This document shows, in pieces, positions 35,852-44,352 of a stretch of DNA of 64,000 bases. The notes under the pieces are model-generated. The model was given only the letters and a program-made list of their open reading frames with translations. It was not told the origin of the DNA and searched no databases. Source of the DNA: an uncultured Alphaproteobacteria bacterium (GTDB lineage: Bacteria; Pseudomonadota; Alphaproteobacteria; Sphingomonadales; Sphingomonadaceae); contig CAWBNV010000001.1 of the NCBI GenBank assembly GCA_963790285.1, positions 423,891 to 487,890 of the forward strand, written 5' to 3'. The position numbers and the translations under genes were made by a program. Position 1 is the first letter of the stretch. Every line of letters starts with the position of its first letter.

Positions 35852-36748
35852 ATGCGCCTGCTTGCCCTGACGCTGTTGATGGCGACCTCGGTCGCCGCCC
35901 AGGACATGGGGCCGCGCGCGGTCCCGACCGCGCCGCCGGCCCCGGCGATCCCGGTCGAGGCGACGATGGCGACGCCGCGCATCCCCGGACAGAACGTCAA
36001 CGGGATGCGCGTCTATATCCGCGCCGGGTTGAAGACGCATCTCGCCGGGCAGCACGACTATCCGCAGTTCCTCGCCGACTGGAGCAAGCTCTTGACCCAG
36101 CACGGCGCGGTCGTCGACGGAGCGCTCCACGCCCCGTCCGCCGCCGACCTCGCGAGAACCGATGTCCTTGTCGTCTACAAGGGCGACGCGGGGTTCATGA
36201 CCGGCGACGAGCGCGCCGCAGTCAATGCCTTCGTCAAGCGCGGCGGCGGCATCGTCTTCCTCCACGACGCCGAGTGCGGCCCTGATCCGCAGGAGATGGC
36301 GGCGCTCGTCGGTGGGGCAAAGAAGCACGGCGAGCGCAACTACACGCTCGAAGCGTCGGTGCCGTATACGATCGTCGACCGGTCGAACCCGATCATGGCC
36401 GGGATGACCGACCTGACGCTGACCGACGAGGCGTTCTTCAAGATGACCTGGGCGACCAATCCCGCGCCGCACATCCTCGCCACCGCGATCGTCGCCGACA
36501 CGCCGAGCGCGGCGGGCCACGCCGGCGAGGTCGCGCCGCAGATCTGGACCTATGAGCACAGCGTCCCGGGCGGCAAGCCGGCGCGCGCCTTCGTCTGGAT
36601 GCAGGGGCACATCTACACCAACTTCGCCCAGCCGCAGGTCCAGGCGATGCTGCTCCGCGGGATCGCCTGGGCCGGGCATCACCCGGCCGACGAGCTGGTC
36701 AGCTACAAGCCCGCGATGGCACCGCCGCCCGCGCCGGTGGCGCGCTAG
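35852..36748 (+). CDS. Secreted ThuA-like domain protein
   Basis: Signal peptide; KTHLAGQHDYP, FVKRGGGIVFLH, LTDEAFF, PQIWTYE, RAFVWMQGH, MLLRGIAWA. Confidence 0.8.
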   Translation: MRLLALTLLMATSVAAQDMGPRAVPTAPPAPAIPVEATMATPRIPGQNVNGMRVYIRAGLKTHLAGQHDYPQFLADWSKLLTQHGAVVDGALHAPSAADLARTDVLVVYKGDAGFMTGDERAAVNAFVKRGGGIVFLHDAECGPDPQEMAALVGGAKKHGERNYTLEASVPYTIVDRSNPIMAGMTDLTLTDEAFFKMTWATNPAPHILATAIVADTPSAAGHAGEVAPQIWTYEHSVPGGKPARAFVWMQGHIYTNFAQPQVQAMLLRGIAWAGHHPADELVSYKPAMAPPPAPVAR

Positions 36749-36751
36749 CCG

Positions 36752-37634
36752 ATGCGGCTCGTCGTCTTCGCGACCGGTGTGATGCTGACGGCGGCCGTCG
36801 CCGTCAGCCAGCCGATGCCGCCGGCCGGTGGCCCGTCGGCGGCACCGCCCGCCGCCAGTCTCGACGACGCCGCCGGCGCGATCAAGCGCGGCCGCGGGCC
36901 GCAGTCGGCGCAGGCGACGCGCGAGTTCCTCGGCCTCGGCGTCGTCCCCGATGCCGAAGCCGCCAAGCGGGGGACGCCGGTCTATGCCGCCAACTGCAGC
37001 GGCTGCCACGGCCCCGACGCGCGCGGCGGCATCGGCCCGAGCCTGATCTATTCGAACCAGGTGCTCGACGACGACCACGGCGAGAAGCTGGTCAAGTTCC
37101 TCAAGGTCGGGCGACCCGAGCGCGGCATGCCGGCGTTCGACGGCAGCAGCGACCGCGAGCTGACCGACATCGCCGAGTTCCTCCACCTCCAGGTCGAGGC
37201 CTATGCGAACCGCGGGACGTACCAGAACACCAACAACATCCTGACCGGCGACGCCCGCCGCGGCGCGACATTGTTCGCCGCCGAATGCGCTGGATGCCAT
37301 ACGGGTGCGGCGGCGCTCGACGGTGTCGGCGGCCGGCTGCGCCCGCTCGACCTCCAGCGCAACCTCGTCATGCCGGTCCGCGACGGCCACCCGGCGCGCG
37401 CCGTCACCGCCACCGTCACCACCCCGGCCGGCCCGGTGAGCGGACGGGTGAGCCGGATCGACGACTTCACCGTCGTCGTCGTCGACGCCGCCGGGCACCA
37501 GCCACACGATCGAGCGCGGCCCGGGTGTCGGCGTCGCGCTCGCCGACCCGCTGGCGTGGCACAAGGCGTTCGCCGGGCGCGTCAAGGACCGCGACATGAC
37601 CGACCTGACGACCTACCTCGCGGAGCGGAAATGA
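36752..37634 (+). CDS. Diheme c-type cytochrome (frameshift near 37497)
   Basis: Signal peptide, CSGCHGPDARGGIGPSL and CAGCH. The C-terminus (HTIERGPG...DPLAWH...DMTDLTTYLAERK) is in another frame and its TGA overlaps the next ATG. Confidence 0.82.
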
Positions 37635-39223
37635 TCCGCGCCGCGCTTGCCGTGCTGCTGCTCGCCAGCTCGGCCGCCGCGGCGGGGCTCGATCCCGCGA
37701 CGCTCGGCCAGCCGCCGGTCGACGCCTGGCCGACGCACCACGGCGACTATAGCGGCCGACGGTATTCGCCGCTCGCCGACATCGACACCGGCAACGTCGC
37801 CCGGCTGGGTGTCGTCTGGACCGCCAAGTTCGACGACGTCGGGGCGCAGCGCGGCGCGCCGCAGCCGGTCGTCAAGGGGACCCCGCTGATGGTCGGCGGC
37901 GTCCTCTACGTGACGCTGCCCGACAACGTCTTCGCGGTCGACGCGCACAGCGGCAAGCGGCTGTGGACCTACCACTGGACCGACAAGGGCGGCCACCTCG
38001 TCGGCAACCGCGGCGTCGGCATGTACAAGGATCGGCTCTACTTCATGGGGCCGGACAACTGGGTCATCTGCCTCGACGCCGCGACCGGCAAGGAGCGCTG
38101 GCGCAAGGAGATCGCCGACGCGCGCAAGCAGTATTTCAGCACCTCGGCCCCGATTGTCGCCGGCCACCACGTCCTCGTCGGCGTCGGCGGCGACGCGATG
38201 GACATTCGGGGCTTTTTGAAGAGCCTCGACCCCGACACCGGGGAGGAGCAATGGACCTTCTACACCACACCTGGGGCGAACGAGCCCGGCGTCGAGACGT
38301 GGCCCGACGCGGCGACCTCGCTCCACGGCGGCGGCGGCACGTGGATGCCGGGCGCGTACGACCCAGCGCTCGGGCTGATCTACTGGGGCACCGGCAATGC
38401 CAACCCGGTCTATGCCGGCCAGGGCCGCGCCGGTGACAACCTCTATACCGCGTCGATCGTCGCCCTCGACGTCGAGACGGGCAAGCTGCGCTGGCACTTC
38501 CAGCCGATGCCGCACGACACGCACGACTATGACGGGACCGAGATCCCGGTGCTGTTCGACAGCGTCGTCGGCGGCCAGTCGAAGAAGCTCCTCGCCTTCG
38601 CCGCACGCAACGGCTGGTACGTGACGCTCGATCGGGTGACGGGCAAGCCGCTCGTGTCGACGCCGTTCATGGACGGGCTGCGCTGGGTCAAGGGCGTCGA
38701 TCCCAAGACGAGACAGCCGATCTCCGACCGCGACGCCGACCCCAAGGTCACCGGCGCGATCGGCAACAGCAACCCGACCAACTGGTACAACCCGACGTAC
38801 AGCGAGACGGCCAAGCTGTTCTACGTCAACACGGTACGCGGCTACGGCATCTATTACCTGCTCGACACCAGCGCCAAGCCGGCCGGGTACAGCGGCACCG
38901 TCGCCGGGCTCGGCGAGACCGAGCGGGTGCTCGTTGCGATCGACCCGCTGACCGGCAAACGCGTCTGGGAGCACCCGTACCCGAGCGTCGGCAGCGCCGG
39001 GACGACGGTCGGCCCCGGGCTGATGGCGACCGCGGGCGGGCTGGTCTTCACCGGCGACGACCAGAAGAACCTGATCGCCTACCGCGCGACCGACGGGGCG
39101 ATCCTGTGGCACATGGCGGCGCCGGCGAACCAGTCGAACGGGCCGATCAGCTACCGCCTCGACGGGAGGCAGTACGTCGTCCTCGCCGCCGGGGACACGC
39201 TGTACGCCCTCGCGCTGCGGTGA
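37631..39223 (+). CDS. PQQ-type beta-propeller dehydrogenase resembling acido-empty-quinoprotein group A
   Basis: Own signal peptide MIRAALAVLLL; WPTHHGDYSGRRYSPL, KGTPLMVGGVLY, GGHLVGNRGV (no Cys-Cys), YWGTGNANP, WHFQPMPHDTHDYDG. Confidence 0.83.
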   Translation: MIRAALAVLLLASSAAAAGLDPATLGQPPVDAWPTHHGDYSGRRYSPLADIDTGNVARLGVVWTAKFDDVGAQRGAPQPVVKGTPLMVGGVLYVTLPDNVFAVDAHSGKRLWTYHWTDKGGHLVGNRGVGMYKDRLYFMGPDNWVICLDAATGKERWRKEIADARKQYFSTSAPIVAGHHVLVGVGGDAMDIRGFLKSLDPDTGEEQWTFYTTPGANEPGVETWPDAATSLHGGGGTWMPGAYDPALGLIYWGTGNANPVYAGQGRAGDNLYTASIVALDVETGKLRWHFQPMPHDTHDYDGTEIPVLFDSVVGGQSKKLLAFAARNGWYVTLDRVTGKPLVSTPFMDGLRWVKGVDPKTRQPISDRDADPKVTGAIGNSNPTNWYNPTYSETAKLFYVNTVRGYGIYYLLDTSAKPAGYSGTVAGLGETERVLVAIDPLTGKRVWEHPYPSVGSAGTTVGPGLMATAGGLVFTGDDQKNLIAYRATDGAILWHMAAPANQSNGPISYRLDGRQYVVLAAGDTLYALALR

Positions 39224-40062
39224 GACGGCTGGCCGCCATCGGGCTGCTGCTGGCGACGGCGGCGGCCGAACCGCCCCCCGCGCCTGCCCCCCAGACGATC
39301 GTCGCGGTAAAGCCGAACCTGTACGTCGTCACCGGCGCGGGCGGCAACTCGACGGTATGGGTCGCCAACCACGGGCTGGTGCTCGTCGACGACAAGATCG
39401 CCGGTGCCGCCAACTTCGACGGGCTGGTCGCGGCGATCCGGTCGGTAACGCCGCTGCCGGTGCGCGCGGTGTTCAACACGCATCACCACTTCGACCATGT
39501 CGGCAACAACGCCGCCTTCCTCGACGCCGGGGTGATCGTCGTCGGTAGCGACGCGCTGCCCGCCGCGCTCGCGGGCACGGGGATCGCGCCGCCGTCGGTG
39601 GTGTTCGGCCGCGATTATTCGATTATCCTCGACACCGGGCGGGCCGACGCCCACCACTGGCGCGCCGGGCACACGGCGGATGACGTTGTCGTTTACTTCC
39701 CGTCGGTTAGGGCGGTGGCGCTCGGCGGGCTGGTGGTCGACGGCGCGCCGACGTTCGACTATGCCGGCGGGGCGAATGTCGGGGGCTGGATCGCGACGCT
39801 CGACGACGTCCTCAAGCTCGATTTCGACGCCGCCGTGCCCGGGCGCGGGGCCGTCACCGACCGCGCCGGCGTGGCCGCCTTCCGTACGCGGCTCGTGACG
39901 TTTCGTGCGCGCGGCCGTGCCGCGGTCGCGAATGGCGCGACGCACGACGATCTGATCGACCGTATCCGCGTCGACGACCTCGGCTGGACGTGGAGCGCGA
40001 GCGCGTGGTCCGCCGAGCGCCGCGACGGCCTGTGGCGCGAGATGAGCGGAGCCAAGCCATGA
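39220..40062 (+). CDS. Secreted metallo-beta-lactamase-fold hydrolase (cyclase-like)
   Basis: GTG overlaps the upstream stop; LYVVTGAGGN, LVLVDDK, NTHHHFDHVGNN (HxHxDH), GHTADD. Confidence 0.82.
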   Translation: MRRLAAIGLLLATAAAEPPPAPAPQTIVAVKPNLYVVTGAGGNSTVWVANHGLVLVDDKIAGAANFDGLVAAIRSVTPLPVRAVFNTHHHFDHVGNNAAFLDAGVIVVGSDALPAALAGTGIAPPSVVFGRDYSIILDTGRADAHHWRAGHTADDVVVYFPSVRAVALGGLVVDGAPTFDYAGGANVGGWIATLDDVLKLDFDAAVPGRGAVTDRAGVAAFRTRLVTFRARGRAAVANGATHDDLIDRIRVDDLGWTWSASAWSAERRDGLWREMSGAKP

Positions 40063-41069
40063 CCCCGTTACGGCCGACCACCGCGCTCGCTGCCCTGCTC
40101 CTGCTCGGCGCGGCGCCGCCACCGGCGCGCATCTTCGTCTCGGACGAGACCGGCAACCGGGTCATCGTCGTCGAGGACGGCAAGGTCGCCGCGACGATCG
40201 CCGCCGGGGCGCGTCCGCGCGGCATCCGCCTGTCGCCCGACGGCACCCGCCTGTATGTCGCGGTATCGGGGTCGCCGATCGCCGGGCCGGGCGTCGACGA
40301 GAGCAAGCTGCCGCCGCCGAACCACGCCGCCGACGGCATCGCCGAGATCGACGTCGCGTCGCGCCGCGTGCTGCGCGTCCTGCCGGTCGGCAGCGATCCC
40401 GAGACCTTCGCGCTCGACACCGCCGGCGCGACGCTGTTCGTGTCGAACGAGGATGCGTCGCAGCTGACCCGGATCGATCTTGCCGGGCATGCCGCGCCGC
40501 GTCGCGCGTCCGTCGGCGATCAGCCCGAGGGCGTCGCCGTCGCGCGCGACGGGCGGAGCGTCTTCGTCGCCTGCGAGGGGGCCGACATGGTCTATCGGCT
40601 CGACGCCGCGACGCTCGCGCGGCGCGGCACGGTCGCGCTCGCCGGCCGGCCGCGGGGCCTGCTCGCCAGCCGGCTGGCGGACCGCGTCTATGTCTCGGTC
40701 GAGTTCGCCGGCAAGGTCGCCGTCCTCGACGCCCGCACCGGCCGCCTGCTGCGGACGATCGATCTCGCGCACGGCGACGACCGAATTCGGCCGATGGGCA
40801 TGGCCGAGGCCGCCGACGGCACACTGTTCGTCGCGACAGGCCGCGCCGGCGCCGTCGTCGCGGTCGACCCCGTCGCCGGCACGGTCGTCCGCCGCTACGC
40901 CGGTGTCGGCGCGCGCCTGTGGGGCATCGCGCTCGCCGCCGGCGAGGCGACGATCGTCACCGCCGACGGGCCGTCGGGCGAGATCAGCCTCGTCGACCGG
41001 GCGACCGGCGAAGTCTCCCGGATCAAGGTCGGGCAAGGTCCATGGGGCGTCGCGACCGCCGGGCGCTGA
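40059..41069 (+). CDS. Secreted YVTN-type beta-propeller protein
   Basis: Signal peptide; repeats RPRGIRLSPDGTRLYVA, VGSDPETFA, VGDQPEGVAV, VGQGPWGV. Confidence 0.85.
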   Translation: MTPLRPTTALAALLLLGAAPPPARIFVSDETGNRVIVVEDGKVAATIAAGARPRGIRLSPDGTRLYVAVSGSPIAGPGVDESKLPPPNHAADGIAEIDVASRRVLRVLPVGSDPETFALDTAGATLFVSNEDASQLTRIDLAGHAAPRRASVGDQPEGVAVARDGRSVFVACEGADMVYRLDAATLARRGTVALAGRPRGLLASRLADRVYVSVEFAGKVAVLDARTGRLLRTIDLAHGDDRIRPMGMAEAADGTLFVATGRAGAVVAVDPVAGTVVRRYAGVGARLWGIALAAGEATIVTADGPSGEISLVDRATGEVSRIKVGQGPWGVATAGR

Positions 41070-41096
41070 CGTCGCCGCCGCTGCCCGGCGGCGACG
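41070..41096. terminator. Hairpin between convergent genes
   Basis: Perfect 11-bp stem CGTCGCCGCCG-ctgcc-CGGCGGCGACG between the two stop codons. Confidence 0.5.
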
Positions 41097-41105
41097 CCGG
41101 CCCGA

Positions 41106-44081
41106 TCAGAACTTGAAGCGGATCCCGCCGACGACGTAGCGGCCGACGACGTCGTACTGCGACTGGAACGACGGGTAGAACTCGGTCGGCTGGGCGTTGA
41201 CCTGCGGCGCGAAGACGAAGTGATCGGTCAGGTTGGTCCCCGTCAGGTACAGCGTGATCGGGTGTCCCTCGACCTTGAGGTCGTACGAGATGTTGGCGCT
41301 GAGGTAGACGACCGGCGGTAGTCGCGGATTGGTGTAGAACTGCGTCGGCACCCGCGTGTAGAACAGGGCATCGATATACTGGGCGTCGAAGCCGAAGCTC
41401 AGCGCGCCTTCGGTCAGCTGGCCCGAGACCGTGAACTTGTGGCGCGGGACGCCCGTGCTGGCGACACCGGCATTGAGCACCGGGGTGCTCGTCGGACCGG
41501 CGCGGGTGGTCAGCACCGGCGTATAGTTGCCGATGAAGCGCATATCGAGGTGCGCCGGCTCGTCGTTGAGGAACGGCCCCAGCGGCAGGCGGTAGTTGAA
41601 CTCGTAATCGAAGCCGCGCGTGACGAGCCCGGCCTGGTTGAACGGCACCTGCGAGATGTTCGTCGGGAAGTTCGCCGCGGTGCGGTTGGCGAAGCCGAAC
41701 GGCCGGTTGATGAACGTGCAGACCGCGTCGGTGCCGCCGCTGTCCTCGCACCGCTGGTTGAGGTCGGTCGTCGACAGGCGGGTGATCTGGTCCTTCAGAT
41801 CGATGTTGAAATAGTCGACCGAGACGCTGAAGCCGCGGAAGAAGCGCGGCTGCCAGATGCCGCCGATCGTCAGCGTCCGCGCCGTCTCGGGCCGCAGGTT
41901 GGTGTTGCCCTGCGTCAGGACGATCGTGTTGGTGTTGGTGTTGGTGTGGATGTCGTTGAACAGCCCGCGCGTCGACGAGACGCCGGCGAACAGCTCGTAC
42001 AGGGTGGGCGCGCGGATATCCTGTGAATAGGTGCCGCGGAAGCGGAGCCCGTCGGTCGGGACCCAGCTGCCGCCGAACTTCCACGCCCAGATGCCGCCGC
42101 TGACGCTATAGTTGGTGTACCGGCCGGCGGCGTTGAAATCGAGGCTGCGGAAGAACGGCTTGTCCTTGAGCAGCGGCACGGCGATCTCGGCGAAGCCTTC
42201 CGACACGTCCTGGCTGCCGTTCGCCTTGCCGACGTTGGTGCTGTTGAAGGTCAGGTTGTAGACCGACGTCTGCGCGCGCAAGCCGGTCAGGTCGATCGGC
42301 GTCGAGGGATCGTTGTTGCTCGTTTCCTTGAGGCTCTGGTGGCGGAACTCGCCGCCGACGGCGAGATTGACCGCACCCGCCGGCAGATCGAAGATCGAGC
42401 CGGTGACCGAGCCGGCGATGTCGTCCTGCGTGTTGCGGACGCGGAAGGTCGAATCGCGCTCGAAATAGGCGTAGCTCGCCTTCGACGGCGAGCCGTTGCC
42501 GAACAGGTTCCACGGCACGCAGCCGTCGTACAGGCCCGGATTGGTCACCGTGACCCGGCAGACGATGTTGCCCTGCGGCCCGCGGACGGCGTCGAGCGCG
42601 GCGAACCAGTTCGGCTGGTAGAAGTTGCCGCTGTGGCGCGTGTTGAGGATCGACTCGCCGTGGCTGAAGGTGACGTCCCACTTGAAGTCGCGGAACAGGT
42701 GGCCCTTCAATCCGGCGAGAACGGTCAGCGCGGCGTTGTTGGTATAGGCGACCTTGGGCGTCTGGTCGGCCTCGACGCGGCCGCCGACGAAGCTGTTGAC
42801 CCCCTGCGCGATCATCGCGTCGCGGAAGGCGGTCGGCAGGAAGGCGTTGTCGGAGAAGATCTGGAACGAGCCGAGCTGCGTCCCCGACGCGACCGTCACA
42901 TAGCGCGTGTTGGCGTCGGTGTAGCTGCCCTGGAGAAAGCCCTCGATGCCGCCGCCGAAATCGTAGTCGGCGCGGGCGAACCCCTGCTTGGTGACGAGCT
43001 TCGACGTCAGCGTCGTGCCGAAGGTGACCGAGCTGTCGGCTCCGCCGACGTTGTAGTTCGGCGTGCCGGTCGGCGTGCCGAGGTCGGCCTTGTGGAAGCC
43101 GCCATTGGGATCGAAGGTATAGCCGTTCAGGCTGAACGGCACCGTCTTGCCGGTCGCGTCGCGCGCCGACTGGACGAGCGTGCCGAAGGTGCCGTTGGCG
43201 ATGCGGACGTTGTACGTCGGCGTATACGGATTGGCCGCGGTGCCGGCCCCGGTTTCGACATAGCCGCCGGTGAAGTTGCCGCCGAACGGCCGCGCGTCGT
43301 TGGTCAGGATGCCCGGCTGGTAGAAATAGTCGAAGCTGCCCTCGAGGTGGAGGCGGTTGTCCATGAAGCTGTGGCCGGCGGCGATCGCCGCCTTGATCTG
43401 GTGATCGTCGCCGCGGCCCGAGATGCCGTACTGCGCCGACCCCTTGAGCCCGTCGAACTTGGTGTCGAGGATGAAGTTGACGACGCCCGCGACCGCGTCC
43501 GAGCCGTACGCCGCCGAGGCGCCGCCGGTGACGATGTCGACGCGCTGGATCAGCGCCTGGGGGACGATGTTGGCGTCGACCGTGCCGTCGAAGCTCGTCG
43601 GCGGCAGGCGCTGGCCGTCGAGGAGGACGAGCGTCTCGATCGCGCCGAGCCGGCGCAGGTTGAGGTAGTTGCCCGCGCTCGGCGTGCCCGCCTGCGAGCT
43701 GGTGACGTTGGTCCCGGCGGTGGCGGTGAACTGCGGCAGCTTGGCGAGGCCGGCGGCGATCGATTCGGGGGCCTTCTTGAGCAGCTCGACCGTGCTGACG
43801 ACGGTGACCGGCGTCGGCGCGGAGTAGCCGTTGGCGACGATGCGCGACCCCGTGACCACGATCTCGCCGCTGTCGGTGTCGGCGGCGGTGCGCTGCGCCG
43901 ACTGGAGCTGGTTGACCGCGCCAGGCGCCGGCGTCGTCGCGTCGCCGGGCAGCGGGGCGGCGGGCTGGCCGACTGCCGCTCCGGTCGGGGCGGGACCGGC
44001 GGGAATGGCGACCGTCTGCGCCATCGCCGCCGTCGGCAGGCTGACGCCGAGCAACAGCGCGATCCGGAACGAAGCAGTCAT
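41106..44081 (-). CDS. TonB-dependent receptor (carbohydrate/organic substrate type)
   Basis: Signal peptide, EIVVTGSRI, plug TLVLLDGQR / RVDIVTGGASAAYGSDAVAGVVNFI, C-terminal Phe. Confidence 0.92.
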   Translation of the reverse strand: MTASFRIALLLGVSLPTAAMAQTVAIPAGPAPTGAAVGQPAAPLPGDATTPAPGAVNQLQSAQRTAADTDSGEIVVTGSRIVANGYSAPTPVTVVSTVELLKKAPESIAAGLAKLPQFTATAGTNVTSSQAGTPSAGNYLNLRRLGAIETLVLLDGQRLPPTSFDGTVDANIVPQALIQRVDIVTGGASAAYGSDAVAGVVNFILDTKFDGLKGSAQYGISGRGDDHQIKAAIAAGHSFMDNRLHLEGSFDYFYQPGILTNDARPFGGNFTGGYVETGAGTAANPYTPTYNVRIANGTFGTLVQSARDATGKTVPFSLNGYTFDPNGGFHKADLGTPTGTPNYNVGGADSSVTFGTTLTSKLVTKQGFARADYDFGGGIEGFLQGSYTDANTRYVTVASGTQLGSFQIFSDNAFLPTAFRDAMIAQGVNSFVGGRVEADQTPKVAYTNNAALTVLAGLKGHLFRDFKWDVTFSHGESILNTRHSGNFYQPNWFAALDAVRGPQGNIVCRVTVTNPGLYDGCVPWNLFGNGSPSKASYAYFERDSTFRVRNTQDDIAGSVTGSIFDLPAGAVNLAVGGEFRHQSLKETSNNDPSTPIDLTGLRAQTSVYNLTFNSTNVGKANGSQDVSEGFAEIAVPLLKDKPFFRSLDFNAAGRYTNYSVSGGIWAWKFGGSWVPTDGLRFRGTYSQDIRAPTLYELFAGVSSTRGLFNDIHTNTNTNTIVLTQGNTNLRPETARTLTIGGIWQPRFFRGFSVSVDYFNIDLKDQITRLSTTDLNQRCEDSGGTDAVCTFINRPFGFANRTAANFPTNISQVPFNQAGLVTRGFDYEFNYRLPLGPFLNDEPAHLDMRFIGNYTPVLTTRAGPTSTPVLNAGVASTGVPRHKFTVSGQLTEGALSFGFDAQYIDALFYTRVPTQFYTNPRLPPVVYLSANISYDLKVEGHPITLYLTGTNLTDHFVFAPQVNAQPTEFYPSFQSQYDVVGRYVVGGIRFKF

Positions 44082-44123
44082 GTACGATCCCCCAATGAGC
44101 CTGCGCCCCGCCTAAGGCGGTGT

Positions 44124-44160
44124 TGAATACTGTATGCAGTTCGCGTTGAAGGCGTGTCAA
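44124..44160 (-). promoter_or_regulatory. Promoter of the TonB receptor overlapped by operator TGCATACAGTATTCA
   Basis: Minus strand TTGACA (44160-44155), then the palindromic operator 44138-44124 in the same register as at 23741. Confidence 0.62.
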
Positions 44161-44239
44161 GGCGGCCCACGGGGGCGGGTCACACCGATCGATAGGTGTT
44201 GCCGAGTTACCGCACCCGGAGGGCGGATCGCGATGATGG

Positions 44240-44314
44240 TGGTGACCCCTACGGGAATCGAACCCGTGCTTCAGCCGTGAGAGGGCCGCGTCCTAACCGC
44301 TAGACGAAGGGGCC
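44240..44314 (-). tRNA. tRNA-Glu(CTC)
   Basis: GGCCCCTTCGTCTAGCGGTTAGGACGCGGCCCTCTCACGGCTGAAGCACGGGTTCGATTCCCGTAGGGGTCACCA; anticodon CTC. Confidence 0.96.
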
Positions 44315-44352
44315 GAGCGAGCGGCGTCCATAGGGGCGCGAGGGGCGTCCCG

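Noticed and set aside
36752-39223. 823-aa cytochrome c-quinoprotein fusion in the ORF track (apparent novel quinohemoprotein)
   Set aside because: The linker is Arg-rich off-frame sequence. The real cytochrome C-terminus is in another frame, ending in an ATGA overlap at 37631-37634, and the dehydrogenase has its own signal peptide. Best explained as a frameshift artefact.
41926-41947. Short tandem (GTGTTG)n repeat
   Set aside because: It encodes TNTNTNT within the TonB receptor: an ordinary low-complexity coding stretch, not a contingency locus.
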